64,000 nt of DNA, from NCBI RefSeq assembly GCF_009914755.1, contig NC_060925.1; one strand, written 5' to 3'. Source of the stretch: the human T2T-CHM13v2.0 reference genome, Homo sapiens. Shown here piece after piece: positions 1 to 15,314 of the stretch. Position 1 is the stretch's first letter, and each line of letters opens with the position of its first letter. A program made the position numbers and the translations under genes. The notes beneath the pieces were generated by a model. That model did no database searches. It was not told the DNA's origin and saw only the letters and a program-made list of their open reading frames with translations.

Positions 1-110
1 ACGAGTTAGTGGGTGCAGCGCACCAGCATGGCACATGTATACATATGTAACTAACCTGCACAATGTGCACATGTACCCTAAAACTTAAAGTATAATTAAA
101 AAAAAAAAAA
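1..110 (+). mobile_element. 3' end and poly(A) of a young L1 (L1PA2-like), cut by the window edge
   Basis: ACGAGTTAGTGGGTGCAGCGCACC...CTGCACAATGTGCAC...ACTTAAAGTATAAT + A-tail; GAG (not ACA) and TTAAAG (not TTAGAG) argue against L1HS-Ta. Confidence 0.9.
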
Positions 111-870
111 GATAGCATCTTTTCTCAACAGATTTACAGATTCACACAATTCTAATCAAAATCTCAGCAAGGTATTTTGTAAATATTGACAAACTGCTTC
201 TAAAGCTTTTATGGAAAGATAAAGCATCTAGAATAGCCAACACAATACTGGACAGAACAAAGTTAGAGAACTGAAAGCTACTGAAATTGAACTTGTATCC
301 AAAATGTACAAAGAACTCTTACAACTCAACAATAACAAAACAAGTAACCCAATTTAAAAATGAGCCAAATAACTGAATAGCAACATCATCAAAAATCTAT
401 AGATAGCAAATAAGCACATGAATAAATGTTCATCATTTCTTATTAGGAAAATGAAAATTAAAATAACAATGAAATACCACCACGTAGTTATTAGAATGGC
501 TAAAATTTAAAACACTGACAACTCCAATTGCTGGTGAAGATGTGGTACAGTAGGAACTCTCAATCATTAAGGGTTGGGATGCAACATGGTATAGCTACTT
601 TGGAAGAGAGTTGGACAGTTTTACACAAAGATAAACATATTCTTGCCCTATGATCCAGCAACCACACTGCTAGGTGTTTATCTAAATGATGAAAAACTTT
701 TGTCCACAAAGAAATCTGCATACAAAAGTTTATAGCAGCTTTCTTCATAGTCTGTAAAAATTGGAGTCAACCAAGAAGTCATTCAATAAGTGAGAAGGTA
801 AATAATCTGTTGAACACCCACACAATGGAATCCTATTCAGTATTATAAGTAATAAGCTGTCAAACATTTT
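111..870 (+). mobile_element. Old L1M fragment (ORF2 3' part/3' UTR)
   Basis: Degenerate ORF2 C-terminal segments (gacaaactgcttctaaagcttttatggaaa; aataccaccac...agaatggctaaaattt). Confidence 0.75.
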
Positions 871-1940
871 AAATTTTGATGACGTTTTAAATTTTAATGA
901 AACCCAATTTATCATATTTTTCATGGATCATAATTTTAGTTTAAAGAATCCTGCCTATATTTATGTGAGTAGTCTACTTTGACTTAATTTTTATATAAGA
1001 TATGAGACTTAGGTTGAAGTTTATTATTATTATTATTTTTGCCCGTGAATCTCTAAGTGCTCTAGCATCATTAATTGTTGAACAGGCTATCTTTCTCCAT
1101 CAAATTACTTCGTAATCTCTCTAAAAAATAAGTAGGACATATTTGTGACTATTTTAGTTTCTCTATTCTGTCCTATTGATCTGTTTATCTATCTTTCTAC
1201 CAATACTTAACAGTCTTTATTATTATAAATATATAATAAGCCTTAAAATTTGGTAGACTTATTTCTTCACTTTACTCTTTCTTTCCTATATTATTTTAAC
1301 TATTCTAGTTCCTTAGCTTTTCCACATAAATTTTAGAATAATCTTTTCTATATCTACAAAAAAATTCTGAGATATTGATAGAAATTACATTATTTCTATA
1401 TATCAATTTAGGAAGAAGTAATGTATTCACTATGTGAGTCTTCCAATCCATAATCACATATATCTCTTCACTTACTTTGATCTTTGATTTTTTTATCAGC
1501 ATTTATAGCTTTGAATATACAAATCCTATACATATTTTGTTATACTTACTGCTATTTCACTTTTTTTCCAGTTGTAAATGGCTTTTTGCTACTAATTTCA
1601 GTGCCTGCGTGTTCATTACTAGTATATAGAAATGCAATAGATTTTTGTAGGTATATCTTATATTTTATTATCTGACTGAACTCACTTATTAGTTCTAAGA
1701 GATTTTTGTAGACTCCTTGGAATTTCTACATAGACAATTATGTCTTCTGCAAAGAAAGACATTTTATTTCTTTTTTTTTCCAATCAGGATGCTTTTTATT
1801 TCCTCTTTTTGCCTTATTGTGCTGGCTAGTTATAGCATTGTGTTAATAAAAGGAAGTGGACATATTTACCTTATTTTCAAACCTATAGATAAAGCAGTCA
1901 GTCTTTCACCATTAAGTACAAAGTTAGCTGTAGGATTATC
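871..1940 (-). mobile_element. Old L1M ORF2 fragment
   Basis: ORF 1305-1502(-) LLPKLIYRNNVISINI resembles L1 ORF2 LPKxIYRFNAIPIKI. Confidence 0.75.
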
Positions 1941-2029
1941 ATCATATTATGTCTCTCTCTTTCTCTGGTCATTTTCTTTTCTCAGAAGCCTACCTTACCT
2001 CATATTAATATACCCAATCCTGGTTTCTT

Positions 2030-4335
2030 TTAATTAATACTTGCATGATTATTCTTTCCCATTTGTTTATTTTCTACCTGCCTATATTTAAAGTTAATTT
2101 CTACTAGACAGCATATATTTAGGTCATGTTATGACATCCACTCTGCAATCTGTTTTGATTTGGTATATCTAGACCATTTATGTTTTATGTAATTATTAAT
2201 ATGCTAGGACTTAAATCTGCTATTTTATTTCTTTTCTATTTTATCTGTTTTTTTGTGTTTCTCTTTTTCATGCCTTACTATGGGTAACATGGACATATTT
2301 TCAAATTCCATTTTGATTTTTCTGTTTCATTTTAGATGTAGATTTTGGTATAGATTTTTGGTGGTTGTGGTAAGTATTATATATACAAAATTCATCATAG
2401 TCTAGGTGTCATCAGTTTACCAGTTTGAGTAAAGAGTAGAAATCTTACCTCCATTTATATCCCTTTATCCTCCTTCTTTTATAACATAATTGTCTTAAAT
2501 ATTTCCTCTACACAAATTTAAAACCACATCAACCCTTATAGCACTGACAGATATAATTTTCATTTTAACCAAACATAACTTTTAAAACTCCAGAGAAGGA
2601 AAATCTATTTTATTTACCTCTATTTTCACATTCAATTTTCTTTCTTCCTCCCTGATATTTCAAGCTTCTTTCTGGTACTGTTTCCTTTTTAAGAGAACAT
2701 TCCTGTCTGGGAGGGAGAGGTATGTCTCGTTGCCACTCCTATGTGACTTCCACTGAGCCTATAAGTGGGGTGGTCTTATTACTACCGGCTGGCAATATAA
2801 GTCCTGACATGCAACTCAGCCTCTTCTGACCCCATCCCAGCAGGGGAGGAGCTGGGCCCCTCATTACTGCTGGGTGGAGTGGACATAGACATTCAGAAAG
2901 AACTTCTATTGGCCATTCTTTTAGGGTAAGTCTGCTGGCAACAAATTCTTAATTTTCTTTTATCTGAGAATGTCTTGTTTTCCCTTTTATTCCTGAGGGG
3001 TATTTTTGCTGGGTATAGAATTCTGAGTTGTTTTGTTCAGTACTTTACAAATGTGGTATTGTTTCCTTGTAACTTTGTGGTTTCTGATCAGAAATTCTCT
3101 CCATTTGAGTCTTTTTGTTTGGTTGGTTGTTTTTGTTTTGTTTTGTTTTGTTTTGTTTTGGTGTAGGTAATTTGTTGTTTCTCTAACTGCTTTCAAAAAT
3201 TTTCCTTTTTCTATAGCTTTCAGAAGTTGGACTATGATGGATCTTGGTGTGAATTAGTTTTAATTTATCTTGTTTCAGGTTCTCTCAAGTCCTTGAATAT
3301 GTAGCTTTATGTCTCTTGCCAAATTTGGGAAGTTCTCGGCCTTTAATTCTTTGAATACTTTGAAAGAATTATTTGAATTCTTTCAGCTCTGTCCTCTTTC
3401 TCCTTTGGTTCCAGGAAATCAGTTACACAAATGATAGCTCCTTTGTCATATCCTCCCAGGTCCTTGAAGCTCTGTCAATTCTTTTCCGTCTATTTCATCT
3501 GTTTTTCAGACTGGATAGTTTCTATTTTTTAATCATCCAATTCATTGATTCTTTCCTCTGTCCCCTCCTGTCTAGTGTTGAGTACATACATTGATTTTTT
3601 TTTTCAATTCTGAAATTTTTATCTAGTTCTAATTTATATCTTCTTTTTTTTGCTGAGAATTTCTATTTATCTGCTAAGATCTTCTATTCTTTGTTTTAAG
3701 CATGTTCATAATTGCTCATGAAGCATTTTTATGGATGGCTGCTTTAAAATCTCTCAGCTAATTCTAACATTTGTATCATCTTGATATTGGCATCTGTTGA
3801 TTGCCTTTTATCATTCAGTTTGAGATATTCCTGGTTCTTGATAAGATTCATGATTATCTATTGAAACATAGATATTTTGTATTATGTTATGAGACTTTGG
3901 ATCTTTTTAAAAATATTCTGCCTTAGCTGGCTTTCTCTGACACTGCTGTTGCAGAAGATGTGCCACCTCATTAATGTGAAGTAGGGACAAAAATCCAGGT
4001 TCACCACTTGGCTTCCACTGACACCTAAAGGGAGGTCAATCTCCTTATTACTGATGGGTGAGGATGGGAATTAAAGTTTCTCACTAGGCTTCCACTTAAA
4101 CCATCCTGGCTCGGAGGGATAGGTGTGCCTTGTTACCACTCCTGTGTGACCTCCACTGACTTCCACGGACACTATGAGGGGGATGGTCTTATTGCTACTG
4201 GCAGGTAGTATAAGTCCTGACACTCAACTTGGCCTCCTCTGACACCACCCCAGCAGGGAAGGAGCAGCACACCTCATTACTGCTGAGTGAAGAAGACATA
4301 GAAGTTCAGGCTCCCTATGTTGTCTCTCCTCAACA
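2030..4335 (-). mobile_element. Old L1M (L1MC/M4-like): ORF2 start, ORF1 and repetitive 5' UTR
   Basis: T-rich antisense L1M text (tctgctggcaacaaattctt; ccaaatttgggaagttctc); tandem 5' UTR units at ~3930-4330. Confidence 0.7.
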
Positions 4336-4734
4336 TTTTAAAACATTCTTTTTTGTGTGATGCAGAATATTTAAGCACTCCAAATCTCTCTTCCAACCAA
4401 AATATCCAAATTCACCTTAACTTGGATGACAAGTGAGTGCTTTACTTTAGCATAGTCCAATCTCTTTAAAGAGCAGTTGGAATTATACCTCTCAATAATA
4501 TTTTGCTTTAAATTACATATTTGGATTACTTCCTCTGTAATGGGTTTTCTGATTTTATTCCAATTTTCTTGCTGAGTTTTCACCAAAGTTAATCTTAGCC
4601 TGTCAGCATTTAAAAAAAAAAAAGCAAAGACATCATTTATGAGGATATATGCATATTGGTAATATTACAATAAAGTTGTAATACCCATAGCTTCATTATT
4701 AAGATTGTGAACTGCTGAAATCCACCAGAAAATA

Positions 4735-5401
4735 ATTTTTTAAATTTTTAATTAAGTTTTTTAAAATTATCACATAGGAAAGTTGACGTGTGTGTGTGTG
4801 CAATTCTATAAATTTAGCAAATATTCATTTGTGTAACCAGCACCACAATTAGGATACAGAACCATTTGGTCATCTAAAAAACTCTCTCATTCTATCCCTT
4901 CAGTCACAACTCTCATTCACCCCAATCCTAACAATTACTGATCTATTCTCTATTACTGTAGTCTTCTCTTTTCAAGACTATAAGGTAAAGGGAATCATAC
5001 AGTATGTGACCTTTTGAAATTGTCTTCTTACACTTAGCTTAATACTACTGAGATGCAGCCAAGCTGCTGAGTCAATCAACAGCTTGTTCCTTTATAGTGC
5101 TGAATGGTATTTCATTGTATGGATGTATCTCTTGTTGTTTGTTCATTGAAGGAGATTTGGGTTGGCTACAGTTTTTGGTAATTATGAATAGAGCTGCTAG
5201 AAACATTAGCCTATTGGGTTTTGTGTGAATATAAATTTCCATTCTATTTGGATAAATAGCAAAGAATGAGGTATCCATGTCATATAGTGAGCGTATGTTT
5301 AATTTTATAAGAAACTGCCAAACTGTTTTCGAGTGGCTGTACATTTTTTCTTTCCCAATGTGATAATTCCAGTTGTTCTGCATCCTTGCCAGTAGTTGGT
5401 A

Positions 5402-5446
<45 letters not shown>

Positions 5447-6050
5447 ATCTTTTAGCCATTCTTTTACATGTGTAGTTGTATTATAGAGGTTTTACTTTCT
5501 ATTTCTTTAATGGCTTATAATACTGAATAGTTTTCCATATGCTTGTCATCATTACATCTTATGGTGAAGCATCTGTTCAAATATTTTGACATATTTAACT
5601 GGATTGTTTATATTCCAAGTCTCGGATTTTGAGAGTTCTTTATATATTCCGGATACAACTCTATTGTCAGATATATTTTTTGCAAACATTTTATCCTGGG
5701 CTATTGCTGGTATTTTCATTCTCTTTACAATTACTTTCACAAAGCAAAAGTTTTTTATTTTGATGAAGTTTGATTGATCAGTTCTGTCGTTTTTTGGCAC
5801 CATGTCTGAAAACTCTTTGCCCAATTCCAGTTCAGGAAGATTTTCTCCAAAAAGTTTCATAGTTTTAGATTTACATATATATCTATAACATATTTAAGTT
5901 TATTTTTGCATAAGGTGAAAGTTAGGTCAGGTTTCATTTTCCTATTGAAAAGATTATCCTTTCTCCACTAAATTGTTATTGTATTTTTGTCAATTGTACA
6001 TATTTGTGTAATATTTACCATTGTCATTCTGGAATATAATATGTCTTTTG
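4735..6050 (-). mobile_element. L1MC/ME 3' end
   Basis: Antisense 3' UTR/ORF2 end; ORFs 5072-5383(-) and 5552-5860(-) resemble the ORF2 C-terminus (KIKNFC; MFLAALFIITKN). Confidence 0.8.
5403..5442. repeat. (TG)20 microsatellite
   Basis: Read directly. Confidence 0.98.
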
Positions 6051-6180
6051 TAAGATCTGCCCTCTTCCCATCACGTATCTTTGTATTGCTTCATTTTGTC
6101 TTCATTAATTCACTTATTTCTAGGAATTTTGCTAGACATTTTTAGCTAGGAATTTTAGCTGGAAATAAAGGTTGTATGCT

Positions 6181-6883
6181 TGAGGCAGGAGAATAGGGTC
6201 TGGAGGCAGGGAACCTAAGGCTGTTTCATGCCGACTTCCTAGAACTAAATTGAAAGGAAAATCCTAACTTTACACGCCTAAGTAACAAAAGGACCAGAGG
6301 CTACTGCCTTTGACCTTTTCTGCAGGCAGATGGGAAATTGTCTGTCCGCAACAAATCAGACTGATTGCAGGTCCAGTCTTCCTTTGCAAGTTTGTAACTT
6401 CACTCCAGCTTCTGAATGGTTGCTGTCCACAATCAATCAGATTGATTGTGGGTGGAGTATTCGTTTGCATTGAAGTATAACTTTGTAACTTCACCCTAGC
6501 CTCTGATTGACAACCAATCAGATGTTTGCACAGGAGTGTGACCTTTGTAACTTCACTTCAGCCCCTGGTTGGCTGCTTTCTGCAACCAATCAGACTGATG
6601 GCAAGCTACCACTTCACTGACATGAGGTGAGCATGAAGTGGCCAATGGGAAAATTCTAGGGAGTATTTGGACCCAAGAAGATTCTGTATCCTGGCCCTAG
6701 AACTACCGCTCAGCACACTCCCACACTGTAGAGTGTACTTTCATTTTCAATAAATCCCTGCTTTCATTCTTTCATTCTTTTGTTGCTTCATTCTTTCTTT
6801 GCTTTGCTGGCGTTTTGTCCAACTCTTTGTTCAAAACACCAAGAACCTGGACAACTTGCAATCACGACCCTCTACAGGTGACA
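6181..6883 (+). mobile_element. MER51-type (MER51A-like) ERV1 solo LTR
   Basis: TG...CA ends; starts TGAGGCAGGAGAATAGGGTCTGGAGGCAGGGAACCTAAGG; 4-bp TSD TGCT (6177-6180/6884-6887); repeated ccaatc boxes; AATAAA ~6749. Confidence 0.9.
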
Positions 6884-6893
6884 TGCTGACTGA

Positions 6894-7264
<371 letters not shown>

Positions 7265-7559
7265 AGAAACAGACATTCTTATTCCTACAGAGCCCGTCAT
7301 GACAACAGCTGCCCTGCAGCACCTCTTCCAGACATCACAATGGGAAACAGGAAATACGCTGTCCCTCTCCAACCTCTGCCTTCATCTCCCCTCCCCTTGT
7401 ACAAGTTCCTTCACAGAAGTTCTTTCACATAAATTTTGTGCAAATGGATTCCTGTGGACTTCAACTCTGACAAGTCTGAATCCCAGTGGAAATGCAAGTT
7501 AGCCTCAAACTGAGAACCTCATACTACATTCAGAATATGTTTTCATGTTTCCAAAATGT

Positions 7560-8060
7560 CACCAACAATGAGATGACAGGAACCTGAACCAAAAGGATGA
7601 GAGTAGAGATGGAAAGTAAATGTTGTTACAAAGGCTAAATCAGAAATTTGTCCCAGATCTAGTATGGATCATGAAGAAGAAGATAGAATGAAAGAACACT
7701 CTTACCATTCTGAGTGCCGAAAGCAGGAGGTGGTTCCTAAAAATATGAAGTTTGGGTGAGTTCGGTTGTAAACACATTTAGTTAGAGATGACTTTAAAGA
7801 CATTAAGTGGAAATACTCAGCAGAAAGTTGAAAAGATAGGTAAGAAGTTCTTAGAATATAAAATAGGGAGCTATCAATATAAGGTGAAAAAGTTAAGCTA
7901 TAAGAATGAACAATATCTCTGAGAGAGAGAGATTATAGAGAAAGAAAAGCAAAAGGTTGAGGATTTAGCCTTGAAATTAATGAGTAGCATTCAAGTGGTC
8001 ACCAAAGACCAGGCAAAGAGAGGTGCCAAACGCAAACAGAAAAGAGGTAGTTGAAAAGGG
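7560..8060 (-). mobile_element. L2 fragment
   Basis: GA-rich; gagttcggttgtaaacacatttagttagagatg...aagtggaaatactcagcag matches antisense L2. Confidence 0.65.
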
Positions 8061-9639
8061 GCAAAGAGCTTTCCTTTGCTGCAGGCACTAAATTAATTTT
8101 TGCTTTAACGTAAGGACTTTGTTGTATATTTGTTTTGTTTTGCTTGCTATTGTTATTGTGTGTTTGCTGTACCAGCTGATGCTCAGGAATATCACTCTCT
8201 ACTTGGCCCTGCTTTATCTTCTTCTATAAGGAAGAAAATGCTTTCTGCTCTCTGAGGGGTGGGAAAGCCAGGAGACTAAACTTTCACACTATCACCAACA
8301 ATACAATGTCCTGTAATGATAATTTTCTAATTTTACCCTTTCAAAAAAAAAGAGAGCATTTCTGCTTTCAGCAGTTTTATTGCTACCAGATATCTTCTGA
8401 TTAATTATTTGCCTTTATGAATAACTGTTCTTTCCAAAACAATCTAAGAGGTTCCTTATATATTCCAAGACTTAATCAGATTATACACAAGGAGGTTTTC
8501 AAATTAAGTATTTCGTTTTCCAATTACAAATAAAAATACTGTGGACCCATTTGGAAAAAATAGGATATTATAAAAAATACATAAAGAAGAATGAATGAAT
8601 CATTCAAAATCCAACTAACTGGACATTATAGAAAGAGCATTTCTTTTAGTTTTTTTATGTTGAGATAATATTTTATATAAAAGTCACATTTTACTTTTTC
8701 ACTTAATAAAGTAAAAGATTTTCTCTATAGTATTACAGACTCTTCATAAGCATAATATTTAAAGCATGCAAAATAATTCAGCATAGGTGTGTCCAATATT
8801 TATTAGTCATTAGCCAGTTTTTAGCATTTGAATTGCAATCTAATTTTTTTAGTACAAAAATATTGTAGAAAACTGTATTTTTTAATTTTTAAAATCATCA
8901 ATTTTTTACTCATTCCCACATAAAATAGATTTAATATGAACATCAATTTCAGTTAAATGCAAAAAGGTGATGTTTCACTGCATATGAAATTCCTCAGGTC
9001 CTCTCTGCATGTGAAATTCCCATCATGCACAAAAATGATCCAAAGACTTCTTTCTGGGTAATGAATACAAAACTAGAGTTAATCCTTCTCCTTTGCTGTA
9101 TTAATCCCATATCTCTCTTCTCATAACTCTATTTCCTTTTCCTTTTTAAAAATCCTAATTACTTTAAATTATTTTCTGCCATAAAGTTCACTGGGCTTTG
9201 GTTATTTATAGGTATCCTATACAATGAGAGAAGAATGTCTATCTTCATTATGTTCAAGTACCCAGATAAATGAACCTGCTGTTATAAGGTATTATCTTAA
9301 AGCCTTTCTGATGTTTTCTCTTAGGACTTGATTGCAATGAAATGTTCACACTGGGGCTGGGGTACATAGAATACTAGGCAGAGAGTTATTATTGTGGTTT
9401 AAAAATTTGTTACCAACAGTTTATAAAATTTTTCAACTAAAGCAATTTTTAAAAACATGTAATCTGAGAATAATATGGTTTCAAAATTAAGCTGTATAGT
9501 GTTTTCTCTACAAACAACTTCTATTGCTTCTCTTACTATACCTTGCTAGAGTTCTACTTTTGACCGTCTTACTCTTTGCCTCCAAAGTTGTGGGGCAGAC
9601 ATGCAGTTTGGTCCTTTTGTTGAGTCACTGAGCACAAGA

Positions 9640-9780
9640 CATTGGAATGATCTAGTACAAAGGCTTCATTTTATAAGTGAGGTCACTGGATCTTACAAAT
9701 TTTAAGGAATCTGTCCTACATCATGCAGCTAGCTGGTACATGGCTGATTTGAAGCGAGTGTATTTTCCAAAATACTATGC
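9640..9780 (-). mobile_element. MIR fragment
   Basis: Core cattttataagtgagg...gcagctagctggt. Confidence 0.55.
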
Positions 9781-10032
9781 TACATCATAAAGAGGGATAA
9801 TTACAAGTTAGCTGAAAACATTTCTTCTGGGAGGGTAAATCATTCAGAGAGAAAAATTGGGATGACTTTAGGCTTTAATTTAAAAACCGTTTGTAAAGGT
9901 ATGAACCATACAGAGCAAGAGCATAAATCTGACTCAGGATAAATCCACCCCACTTTAGCCATGGTGATCTTACCTTCAGTGAGAGATGAAAAGAGGAATC
10001 TTGAAGCTTATTTTACCAAATGACTTCAGTTG

Positions 10033-10423
10033 TATATTAGTCCATTTTCACATTGCTATAAAGAATTGCCTGAAACTGGGTAATTTATAAAGGAAAGAGG
10101 CTTAGTTGACTGACTCACAGTTCAGCATGTCTCGGGAGGCCTCAAGAAACTTAGCATTGTGGTGGAAGGCAAAGGGGAAGCAAGGCACCTTCTTCACAGG
10201 GTGTCAGGAAGGAGAATGAACACAGGTGGAACTATCAAACACTTATAAAACCATCACATCTCGTGAAAACTGACTCACTATCATGAGAACAGCTTGGAGG
10301 AAGCCGCCTCCATGATTCAGTTGCCTCCCCCTTGTCTCTTCCTTGACATTTGGGGATTATGGTGATTATGGGGATTACAATTCAAGATGAAATTTTGGGT
10401 GGGGACACACCCAAACCATATCA
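10033..10423 (-). mobile_element. THE1C/D-like MaLR solo LTR
   Basis: tattagtccattttcacattgctataaag...ccaaaccatatca. Confidence 0.9.
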
Positions 10424-11159
10424 AGACCACTTTAATTACAGTGGCTATTTTAATAACCTCATCGTCCCCAGTAATCTTGTGCTGCATATATACAAGGGTT
10501 GTGGGTTGGGGCATATTTGTCACGAAAAAAAAAAAAAAATTGTACATATGTTTCCCAGGATAAAACTTCCAGTATATTCTCAGAACCAATGTTAAATTAA
10601 TTTTTGTTTTAATGTAAGGAGTTTTTTGTATATCACCCTTAGTTGATTCTGCCCAAAACTAAGATCTTCTCCAAAATGATTTTTTCTTCATTATTATTTA
10701 TATAACTAGCTAGGACTTTAAAATGGCAGTTTGCCTTACTAAAAAAGTAAAGAAAAGAAAAACTAAAGGGAAAACTAAAGGTTCTGCTTTTTTGAGCACC
10801 CAACTATATAAGTCAATAAATGTTTAAAAACAAGATCTCTCTATATCTTCCACTACCAAGTATTGTGTTTTGCACAAACCAGTTCACCATTAAATATCTA
10901 TGGAAGGAGACAAATATCCATGGAAAGGAGAAAAAGAAAGAAAGGGGAGAAGGAAGAAAAAAAATGTATGAGCTTTAGACAAAGAAGAAAAAGAAAGAAC
11001 TAACATAACCGACATCTAACCATTTGTTGGACATTTGCCTTATAGGCTTATTTTATCCTAACAAAGAGAATAGGAATTTTATCTATACTTAGCTGATGAA
11101 GGAAATGAAGTTCAAAGTTCATGTATAGTTAAGGAGCCATGAAGAGAGAAATTCAAACT

Positions 11160-12258
<1,099 letters not shown>

Positions 12259-12744
12259 ATACGATGGAACACTTTGTTTTTATTACTCCAAAATTCAAGA
12301 TTTTTTATTACATAATGACTCTCTCTAACAACAAAAGAATGTCTGGCCATAGGAAAGAACAATGTATAATTAAGCAATTTTTGTTCCGTTCTGAAGATCT
12401 TTTTGATATTCAGCAGAGATAGGCATCATACCATCCTCTAGAAAACCGTAAAGTCTACGAAACACAGAGTACACATTTGTAGAATACATATTTGTAGCGT
12501 GCTCTCCAACTTAATGGGCAGTGCCATATGAGATCAATTTATAACAACCAGGCAAAAGCATTTGGAAGGTTTCCGCATGGGGAGGAGTTCGTTCTGGGTT
12601 AGTCCTGGAAAACACTTCAAAGTAAGCAGTGTATCTTTTGAGCTCAATAACTTGACTTTTGTCTTCATAGCATTCCCTGTTTCCACTGATGCAATCACTA
12701 CCCTCCGGCTGATTAATCATGATATACCCAAACAGTATCAAAGC

Positions 12745-13090
12745 TGCTATGGTCTGAATGTTGTGGTCCCAAAAATTCATATGTCAGAAGCTAATACCCA
12801 ATATGATACGAAGGGGCCTTCAAGAAGTGATTAAGTCATGAGTGCTGCACCCTCATAAATGTAATTTGTACCCTTATAAAGGAGGCTTAAGCAAGCTTCC
12901 TTGCCCCTTCTGCCAACTGAGGACACAGCAAGTGCCATCTATGTGAAACAGACCCTCATCAGAACAAAATCTGCTAGCACTTTGATCTTAGACTTCTCAG
13001 CCTCCAGAGCTATAAGCAATAAATTTCTGCTGTTTTATAAATTACCCAGTCTAAGGTATTTTGTTACAACAGCCCAAAAGGACTAAGAAA
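12745..13090 (+). mobile_element. MLT1A-like MaLR solo LTR
   Basis: tgctatggtctgaatg...aataaatttctgctg...gactaag; near-TSD aaagc/taagc. Confidence 0.88.
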
Positions 13091-13529
13091 TAAGCCCATA
13101 AGACAGCTACCCAAGCTTGTGACAGCCTTTTCCGATAAAGTTTACTCATCTTGAGGCTGATTCCTTAAATACCTTTATCTGCTACTAAAAGTTGATGGTA
13201 ATACACTGATCATGCAAATAAAAAGCTGGTAACAAGTCAGCTGATATGTTGCTCCCTACTTGAAAGAGCTGTTCTTGGAAAGCCATTTGCCTTCATTTAG
13301 GGTCATTAAGAAAAAAGATATTTTAAACCTTTTTGCAAGCCAAGTTACTATCATTACCTCCTGGATGTCCCTAAATGTATAATATTCTATCAACCAAGTC
13401 TTGGGGTAAGAATGGCTCTAATTAGTTGGGACATCTGTAGTAATTGTAAAGTGAGTATATAGGATTAGATAATCTCTAAGTCCCTTCAATTCCAAAACCC
13501 TATGCTTTTATAATGAACTTTATGGACTT

Positions 13530-13770
13530 CAGAGCAGTGGGGAAGTATATGGAGTATGGACCCTGAATGAAACATCACATTGATGGGAAATAGAATGTCG
13601 TTTTTTTTGGGGGGAAATACCTTAATCTTGTTAAGCCGTAGTTTCCTAGGTACAATATAGACATAATAATGCCTGCCTCTTCTGTAGTTATGATAATTAC
13701 AATGCGCTAATTGCATATAAAGCAACTTAGAGCTGTAGCTAGCTGATAAATGAAACCTAGTTTTATTATT
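13530..13770 (+). mobile_element. MIR fragment
   Basis: ccttaatc...gtagtttcctagg...ataataatgcctgcctc. Confidence 0.5.
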
Positions 13771-15042
13771 ATTGGGATTCTAGTGTTCTCAACTCTCAAT
13801 ATGGTAGTATGATACTGAATATTACATTGGTTATGTTCTGATAAAATCATCATCTTAGGAAATGAGACATACTAGAGATAAATTTCAAAGAACTGGAAGA
13901 ATGTGGAAGAGTTGATAAAGTGAGCCAACAAGGATGAGCTCTTGTCTTGGAATTTGGAGGGTTAATTAACACAGCTACACAAATGAACTATGACCTATTT
14001 TTGACCTTAAATTAAGAAACTTGTTATCATAGGGAGATTATTAAGGACACATGGGGGTAGGAAGGGACATAAATGAGAAAACTATGTGTTGGCCTTGTCT
14101 TCAGACTGATGAACTGCTCTTGTAGTGTAAAACAAGATGGAACCTGCCTTGTTATTAGAACGGAATGTGCAAGCTGCAGGTAGACTATATCAACCCAAAT
14201 GTGATGAGGAATGATTGTCTTACACTAAGGAGGTTTGAGACTTGGTAAAGCTCCTTATTATATTTACCAAATTTCTTAGCATTGAAATCTTTACTTTCTA
14301 AACTTATCCAATTTATTCTGTGTAATGAAATGAAGAAAATCATATTTCCCAAAATTCCTCTTAGGGAGACTTTGTATTTATTCAAAAGAAATTACTTTTT
14401 TTGGAGTATGAGACCCTAAGGAAATGCCGAAGGAACACAATACAGCAATTAAATTGTTCCGCTTACTAAAGGGATGAGGAATTTTAACAGGAGTGAATCT
14501 TAGAGGCGGAGGAAGAGGCCAGTGAGGCAGGAAGATAGTGGAGAGAGGGAGGAAATAGTAGGAGGGAGCCAGAAGACCTATTCATTGAGTAACAGAGAAG
14601 GGATTTAGGAAAACATTAGAAATGACTAATTGGAGGGGGTGTTAGATTTGCTTTAAGGGTGCAATGTAAAGTCCTTCATCTATTTTCTTTTACAGCTCTT
14701 CAAGAATGCCATTATCATTGCTTACCCAGGCTTTTGGAGATTATTTTGCAGACTTGAAGAGGTGCCAAGTTCTGTGTTCAGATTAGTACAGGGAGAAAAC
14801 AGAATGTTCCAGAGTTTCATAACTTAGGGGACAGGGTGGGAGAGCCAATATCAGAGTCAGATGTAGTCATATTTCTTTGTGGTTTCTCATAATGTTTTTA
14901 ATGAATTTTTTAAAAATACCTCATGTAAACTGTAATATGGATAATTAAAACCAGAGAAGCAGGAGAACTCTAAATGCGACAGAAAGACCCTCACAAGAGG
15001 GAGACGCAAACTTAGAAGGTAGAGTTCAGGGACTAGTTCTGG

Positions 15043-15314
15043 CATTAATGTCCAAAAGAAATATAATTAAATTACATATGTAATTTTAATGTTTCTAGTG
15101 GTCAAAGTTTTTAAATGCAGAAATAAAGAAATAAAATTAATTTGAATAATATATTTTATTAAGTCAATATTTCTTTAAAATATCATTTCACCACTTAATT
15201 AGTAAAAAATTATTAATGAGACATTTTACATTTACTTTACACTAAGTCTTTGAAATTCAGTGTGCATTTTATTCTTATAGAACCGTTCATACTGTTCTAT
15301 ACCGGACAGCACTG
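15043..15314. mobile_element. MER33 hAT-Charlie MITE
   Basis: tgtccaaaagaaatataat...acatatgtaattttaa...actaagtctttgaaattcagtgtg...ggacagcactg. Confidence 0.8.

Noticed and set aside
111-1420. Opposed L1M fragments covering the same ORF2 region
   Set aside because: Too diverged to pair; most simply two independent ancient insertions.
14682-14765. Good acceptor ttttcttttacag as a possible exon
   Set aside because: No convincing donor or reading frame; such acceptors are common by chance.
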